From NCBI RefSeq assembly GCF_009914755.1, contig NC_060925.1: a stretch of DNA of 64,000 bases; one strand, written 5' to 3'. The notes beneath the pieces are model-generated. The model did no database searches, was not told the origin of the DNA, and worked only from the letters and a program-made list of their open reading frames with translations. This DNA is from the human T2T-CHM13v2.0 reference genome, Homo sapiens. Below, piece after piece: positions 56,101 to 64,000 of this stretch; within the stretch, counting starts at the first letter, position 1; each line of letters begins with the position of its first letter. The position numbers and the translations under genes are program-made.

Positions 56101-57333
56101 TATTGCCAAGTGGTAAGTACCATTGGACCCCTTTTGCTTGCTAGTCTGTCCTATTTTTCCTTAGAATTCAGGGACTAAACACTGGGCACCTGTCAGCCAG
56201 TTAAAAGCGACTAGCGTTGCAGCTGGACTAAAGACATGGGTGTCAGGCTTTCTGGGAAAGGGCTCTCTAACAACCCCCGAATCTTTGGAGTTGGGAGTGT
56301 TGGTTTGCCTGGAACCAGCTTCCACTTTTCCTGTACTTCTGGGCTGAGCCAAGGGTCGACAGAGAGGAAAGCCATTCAGCTCTGGGGTCCCGACAAAAAG
56401 TTAGTTGACCCTGTAGCCATGAGCAGAACTCTCAAAGTCATGTTGCCCAAGCGAGACTTGCCCATCTATCCTGTCTATCCTGACCTTTGCCTCCTGGGTC
56501 CTAATGCCTGTCAGACAAACTTCCTTCCGCCTCTCTTCTCTGAGGCTAGTCCTGCTTCTAAAAACCACTCCCCGCCTCTGGTGCTTTTCTAGTTTCTCCT
56601 ATAAGAATGACTTCTAGTATAAATTTCGGGACTCTGTTCCTTTCTTTGGGCACCCAGGCTCACCAATTAGACATAATTTTTGCCCAAAGCCCTGTCAGTT
56701 GGGGAGACCAACTATCCTTTTAGGATCCCTCCTCAGACAAGCAGGCCTAACAAAGGCTATTCCCGAAGCTAGGATATGGGGAGCCTCAGAAATGATATTC
56801 TTCCTAGTCGTATGATGAGAAGTGAGGACAAAAGGCGTCAATCTTCCAACCCTGGAGATCCCTTCCCTCCCTCAGGGTATGGCCCTCCACTCCATTTCTG
56901 GGGCATATCATCTTTATAGGAGAGGGGTAAGGTCCCAATACTACCAGGAGACAACACTTAGGACTCTAACAGGTTTTTGAGAATGTGTTGGTAAAGGCCA
57001 CTAAATCCGATTTTTCTTGGTCCTCTTTGTGGTCTAAGAGGAAAGACAAGGGTGCAGGTTTTCAAGAATGCACCGGTAAGGGCCACTAAATCCGATCTTC
57101 CTCAGTCCTCTTTGTGGTCTAGGAGGAAAACTAGTGTTTCTGCTGCTGCATTGGTGAGCACAATTATTCCAATCAGCAGGGTCCAGGGAGCGTTGTGGGT
57201 TCTTGGGCAAGAGGGGGATCTGCTGCTGCATCGGTGAGCACAACTATTCCCATCAGCAGGGTCCAAGGACCATTGCGGGTTCTTGGGTTGGGATGGAAAA
57301 CAAACCGTAACCGCGGGTGGTTTTATCTTTCAC

Positions 57334-59072
<1,739 letters not shown>

Positions 59073-61260
59073 GGGTGCCGGGGGCAAGCGCCAGCTCATG
59101 TCATCCCCCGGGTACGATTAACCATTGTAGGCCAGGAAATTGACTTCCTCCTGGACATTGGCACGGTTTTCTTAGTGTTAATCTCTTGTCCCGGACAGCT
59201 GTCCTCAACATCCATTACCATCTGAGAAATCCTGGGACAGCCTGTAACCAGGTATTTCTCCCACCTCCTCAGTTGTAATTGGGAGACTTTGCTCTTTTCA
59301 AATGCCTTTTTTGTTATGCCTGAAAGTCTCACACCCTTATTAGGGAGGGACATATTAGCCAAAGCTGGAGCTATTATCTACATGAATATGGGGAACAAGT
59401 TACCCATTTGTTGTCCCCTGCTTGAGGAGGGAATCAACCCTGAAGTCTGGGCATTGAAAGGACAATTCAGAAGGGCAAAAAATGCCCACCCAATCCAAAT
59501 CAGGCTAAAAGACCCAACCACTTTTCCTTATCAAAGGCAATATCCCTTAAGGCCTGATGCTCATAAAGGATTACAGGATATTGTTAGACATTTAAAAGCT
59601 CAAGGCTTAATAAGAAAATGCAGCAGTCCCTGCAACACCGCAATTCTAGGAGACTAGTTCAAGATCTTAGACTTATCAATGAGGCAGTAATTCCTCTATA
59701 TCCAGTTGTACCCAACCCCTATACCCTGCTCTCTCAAATGCCAGAGGAAGCAGAATGGTTCACTGTTCTGGACCTCAAAGATGCCTTCTTCTGTACTCCC
59801 CTGCACTCTGACTCCCAGTTTCTCTTTGCCTTTGAGGATCCCACAGACCACACGTCCCAACTTACATGGACAGTCTTGCCCCAAGGGTTTAGGGATAGCC
59901 CTCATCTGTTTGGTCAGGCACTGGCCCAAGATCTAGGCCACTTCGGAAGTGCAAGCACTCTGGTCCTTCAGTATGTGGATGATTTACTTTTGGCTACTAG
60001 TTTGGAAGCCTCATGCCACCATGCTACTCTAGATCTCTTGAACTTTCTAGTTAATCAAGGGTACAAAGCATGTGAATCGAAGGCCCAACTCTGCCTACAA
60101 CAAGTCATATATCTAGGCCTAATCTTAGCCAGAGGAACCAGGGCCCTTAGCAAGGAATGAATACAGCCTATACTGGCTTATCCTTGCCCTAAGACATTTA
60201 AACAGTTGTGGGGGTTTCTTGGAATCACTGGCTTTTGCTGACTATGGATCCCCGGATACAGTGAGATAGCCAGGCCCCTCTATACTCTAATCAAGGAGAC
60301 CCAGAGGGCAAATACCTATCTAGTAGAATGGAAACCAGAGGCAGAAACAGCCTTCAAGACCTTAAAGCAGGCCCTAGTACAAGCTCCAGCCTTAAGCCTT
60401 CCCACAGGACAAAACGTCTCTTAATACATCAGAGAGAGAGCAGGAATAGCTCTTGGAGTCCTTATTCAGACTTGTGGGACAACCCCACAACCAGTGGCAT
60501 ACCTAAGTAAGGAAATTAATATAGTAGCAAAAGGCTGGCATCACTGTTTATGGGTAGTTGTGGCAGTAGCCGTCTTAATATCAGAGGCTATCAAAATAAT
60601 ACAAGGAAAGGATCCCACTGTCTGAACTACTCATGATATAAATGGCATACTAGTTGCCAAAGGAAGTTTATGGCTATCAGACAACTGCCTGCTTAGATAC
60701 CAGGCACTACTCCTTGAGGGACCAGTGCTTCAAATATGCATGTGTGCAGCCCTTAACCCTGCTACTTTTCTCCCAGAGGATGGAGAACCAATCAAGCATG
60801 ACTGTCAACATCTCTTATGACTGCCAACAAATTATAGTCCAGACTTATGCCGCCCAAGAGGATCTTTTAGAAGTCCCCTTAGCTAATCTTGACCTTAACC
60901 CATATACCAGTGGAAGTTCATTTGTGGAGAATGGGATACGAAGGGCAGGTTACGCCATAGTTGGTGATGTAACAGTACTTGAAAGTAAGCCTCTTCCCCC
61001 AGGGACCAGCGCCCAGTTAGCAGAACTAGTGGCACTAACCTGAGCCTTAGAACTGGGAAAGGGAAAAAGAATAAATGTGTATACAGATACCAAGAATGCT
61101 TATCGAATTCTACATGCCCATGCTGCAATATGGAAAGAAAGGGAGTTCCTAACCTCTGGGGAACCTCCATTAAATATCACAAGGAAATCATGGAGTTATT
61201 GCATGTAGTGCAAAAACCCAAGGAGGTGGCAGTCTTACACTGCCAAAGCCAAAGGAGAAG
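59073..61260 (+). pseudogene. ERV pro-pol remnant (protease, RT, RNase H; integrase absent)
   Basis: Degenerate protease FLLDIG and PLLGRDIL; RT motifs RLVQDLR, FTVLDLKDAFF, LPQG, YVDD (59972-59983); RNase H SAQLAELVALT, NVYTD, EVAVLHC. Confidence 0.9.
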
Positions 61261-61342
61261 GAGAGGGGAGAACAGCAGCATAAGTGGCTGGCAGAGGCAG
61301 GGAAAGACCAGCAGAGAAAGAAAGAGAGAAAGAGAAAGAAAG

Positions 61343-61385
<43 letters not shown>

Positions 61386-61451
61386 AAGTCAGAGAAAGAG
61401 AGAGGGGAAAGACAGAAAGTCAGAGAAGAAAGAGAGAAAGACAGAGAGAGG

Positions 61452-61975
61452 GAAGTAGTAAAGAAAAAACAGTGCACCCTATTCCTTTAAAAGCCAGGGT
61501 AAATTTAAAACCTATAATTGATAATTGAAGGTCTTCTCCGTGACCCTATAACACTCCAATACCACCTTGTTGTCAGTGTAAACAAGAGCATAGTCCAAAA
61601 GCACTGAGGCCACTGACAGCCCATAGCCTTCCTATCAAAAATCCTTAACCCGGTAGGTTTCCTAACAGGGCAACTAAATCTTAATTAATTACCATACAAA
61701 GGTCTAACCAGACCTAGGAAGAACTCCCTCCAGGACAGGATGATAGCTGGTTCCTCCTGGGTGATTAATGGAAAAAGACACAATGGGTATTCGGTAAGTG
61801 ATAAGGCAATTCTTGTAGAAGCAGAGTTAGGAGAATTGCCTAATAATTGCTGTGCTCAAACATGTGAGCTGTTTGCACTCAGCCAAACCTTAAAGTACTT
61901 ACGGAATCAGGAAGGAGACATCTATACCAATTTTAAGTTAATATGGACTGAATGAGGTCTTATTAATAGCAAAGA
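61452..61975 (+). pseudogene. Second, heavily deleted pol remnant from another ERV lineage (HERV-I/IP-like)
   Basis: EVVKKKQ/PIPLKARVNLKPII and PYNTPI (RT N-terminus); QPIAFLSKILNPV (tether); GSSWVINGKRHNGYSV...AQTCELFALSQTLKYL...IYT...IWTE (RNase H). Confidence 0.7.
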
Positions 61976-62111
61976 ATAATTGAAATCCCAAATTTACAAG
62001 GTTTTCAACAAAAGTAAAGTTTGCTGAAAGTTAACAGTATAACATGTATTATCCTAACTTCTAATCTTGTGGAAATCAGACCCTATCAGTGCCCCACAAA
62101 GCTCCTGTCAG

Positions 62112-62779
62112 CACAGGGCCATACAACTAATACCCCTACTTATAGGGTTAGGAATGGCCACTGCTACAGGAACCAGAATAGCAGGTTTATCTACTTCATT
62201 ATCCTGCTACCACACACACTTGAAGGATTTCTCAGACAGTTTACAAGAAGTAACAAAATCTATCCTTACTCTACAATCCCAAATAGACTCTTTGGCAGCA
62301 GTGACTCTCCAAAACCGCTGAGGCCTAGACCTCCTCACTGCTGAGAAAGGAGGACTTTCACCTTCTTAGGGGAAGAATGTTGCTTTTACACTAACCAGTC
62401 AGGGATAGTACGAGACTCCGCCCGGTGTTTATGGGAAGAGGCTTCTGAAATCAGACAAAGCCTTTCAAACCCTTAGACCAACCTTCAGAGTTAGGCGACA
62501 TGGCTTCTCCCCTTTCTAGGTCCTGTGACAGCCATCTTGCTATTACTCGCCTTTGGGCCTTGTATTTTTAACCTCTTTGTCAAATTTGTTTCCTCCAGGA
62601 TCAATGCCATCAAGCTACAGATGGTCTTACAAATGGAACCCCAAACGAGCTCAACTAACAACTTCTACCGAGGACCCCTGGACCAACCCACTGACCCTTT
62701 GGCTGGCCTAGAGAGTTTCCCTCTGGAGGATACTACCACTGCAGGGCCCCTTCGCCCCCATCCAGCAGGAAGTAGCTAG
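62112..62779 (+). pseudogene. ERV env TM-subunit remnant (SU deleted)
   Basis: Fusion peptide RAIQLIPLLIGLG, immunosuppressive domain LQNR*GLDLLTAEKGGL, EECCFY, membrane anchor LLPFLGPVTAILLLLAFGPCIFN, tail LQMVLQMEP. Confidence 0.88.
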
Positions 62780-62835
62780 AGTGGTCATCGCCCAATTTCC
62801 AACAGCAGCTGGGGTGTCCTGTTTAGAGGGGAGAT

Positions 62836-63290
62836 TGAGAGGTGAAGCCAGCTGGACTTCTGGGTCAGGTGGGGACTTGGAGAACTTTTCTGTCTTACAA
62901 GAGGATTGTAAAATGTGCCAATTAGCACTCTGTAGCTAGGATTGTAAAACGCACCAATCAGCACTCTGTAGCTAGCTAGAGGTTTGTAAAATGAACCAAT
63001 CAGCACTCTGTAAAATGGACCAAACAGCAGGACATGGGCGGTGACCCCAGGAAATAAAAGCTGGCCACCCCAGCCAGCAGCAGCAACGTGCTCGGGTCCC
63101 CTTCCATGCTGTGGAAGCTTTGTTCTTTCGCTCTTCACAATACATCTTGCTGCTGCTCACTCGCTCACTGACTCACTCTTTGTGTCCGTGCCACCTTTAA
63201 GAGCTGTAACACTCACTGCAAAAATTCCCAGCTTCATTCTGGAAGTCAGCGAGACCAAGAACCCACCAGAAGGAACCAACTCCAGACACA
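62836..63290 (+). repeat. 3' LTR (LTR12 family)
   Basis: Direct repeat of 55594-56079, preceded by a polypurine tract and followed by the TSD GTAG. Confidence 0.92.
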
Positions 63291-63304
63291 GTAGGATTTG
63301 ATGA

Positions 63305-63792
<488 letters not shown>

Positions 63793-64000
63793 TCCAGGGT
63801 GCTATTCTACTAGGAAATCTTAATCTGCAACATCTCTTGGCTTTACCCCTTTCATTCACTGTTTCCTGTTTTCCGTGTACCCTCTTGATTTCTTTCCAGG
63901 CCTTCTCTTTCTCAGACTCACACACTCCTTCCATTCCACTCCCCACCTTGCCTTCTTCGTGTACATCTCCTTTCTCCCTCTCTTTCTTTGCTCCCCCTAC

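Noticed and set aside
59618-60160. 180-aa RT ORF with intact YVDD as a possible domesticated gene
   Set aside because: Bounded by a frameshifting deletion at about 59650 and stops; no proper start; ordinary ERV decay.
62067-62779. Syncytin-like env as a possible functional gene
   Set aside because: SU and signal peptide are absent; stop codon inside the immunosuppressive domain (about 62319) and further frameshifts.

Overview
Human genomic DNA, recognisable as chromosome 1q23.3; a human-specific AluYb8 at 49561 supports the species call. Gene order: 5' half of ADAMTS4 (- strand, exons 1-4, running off the left edge), complete NDUFS2 (+, 14 coding exons, 463 aa), FCER1G (+, 86 aa), APOA2 (-, 100 aa), TOMM40L (+, 308 aa, hosting the tailed mirtron MIR5187) and NR1I3/CAR (-, 348 aa, its 3' end overlapping the TOMM40L 3'UTR). 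An Alu/L2/MIR-dense upstream region follows, then a defective ERV9/LTR12-family provirus (55594-63290, GTAG target-site duplication, tRNA-Arg PBS). All exon boundaries were read by hand from GT/AG junctions and sum to the expected protein lengths. This is a well-studied locus and I found no clear-cut novel multi-gene system. Best leads: (1) the provirus is chimeric, with a second, HERV-I/IP-like RT/tether/RNase H remnant where integrase and env SU should be; (2) an unidentified coding-like island of about 480 bp that interrupts a MIR at 47237-47718; (3) a uORF/overlapping-ORF arrangement in the TOMM40L leader that depends on acceptor choice; (4) a very young AluYb8 next to an inverted Alu; (5) a non-reference NDUFS2 Pro20Thr allele. 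Repeat boundaries and subfamily calls are by eye and approximate. Reference proteins, variants and literature are recalled from memory, not looked up.
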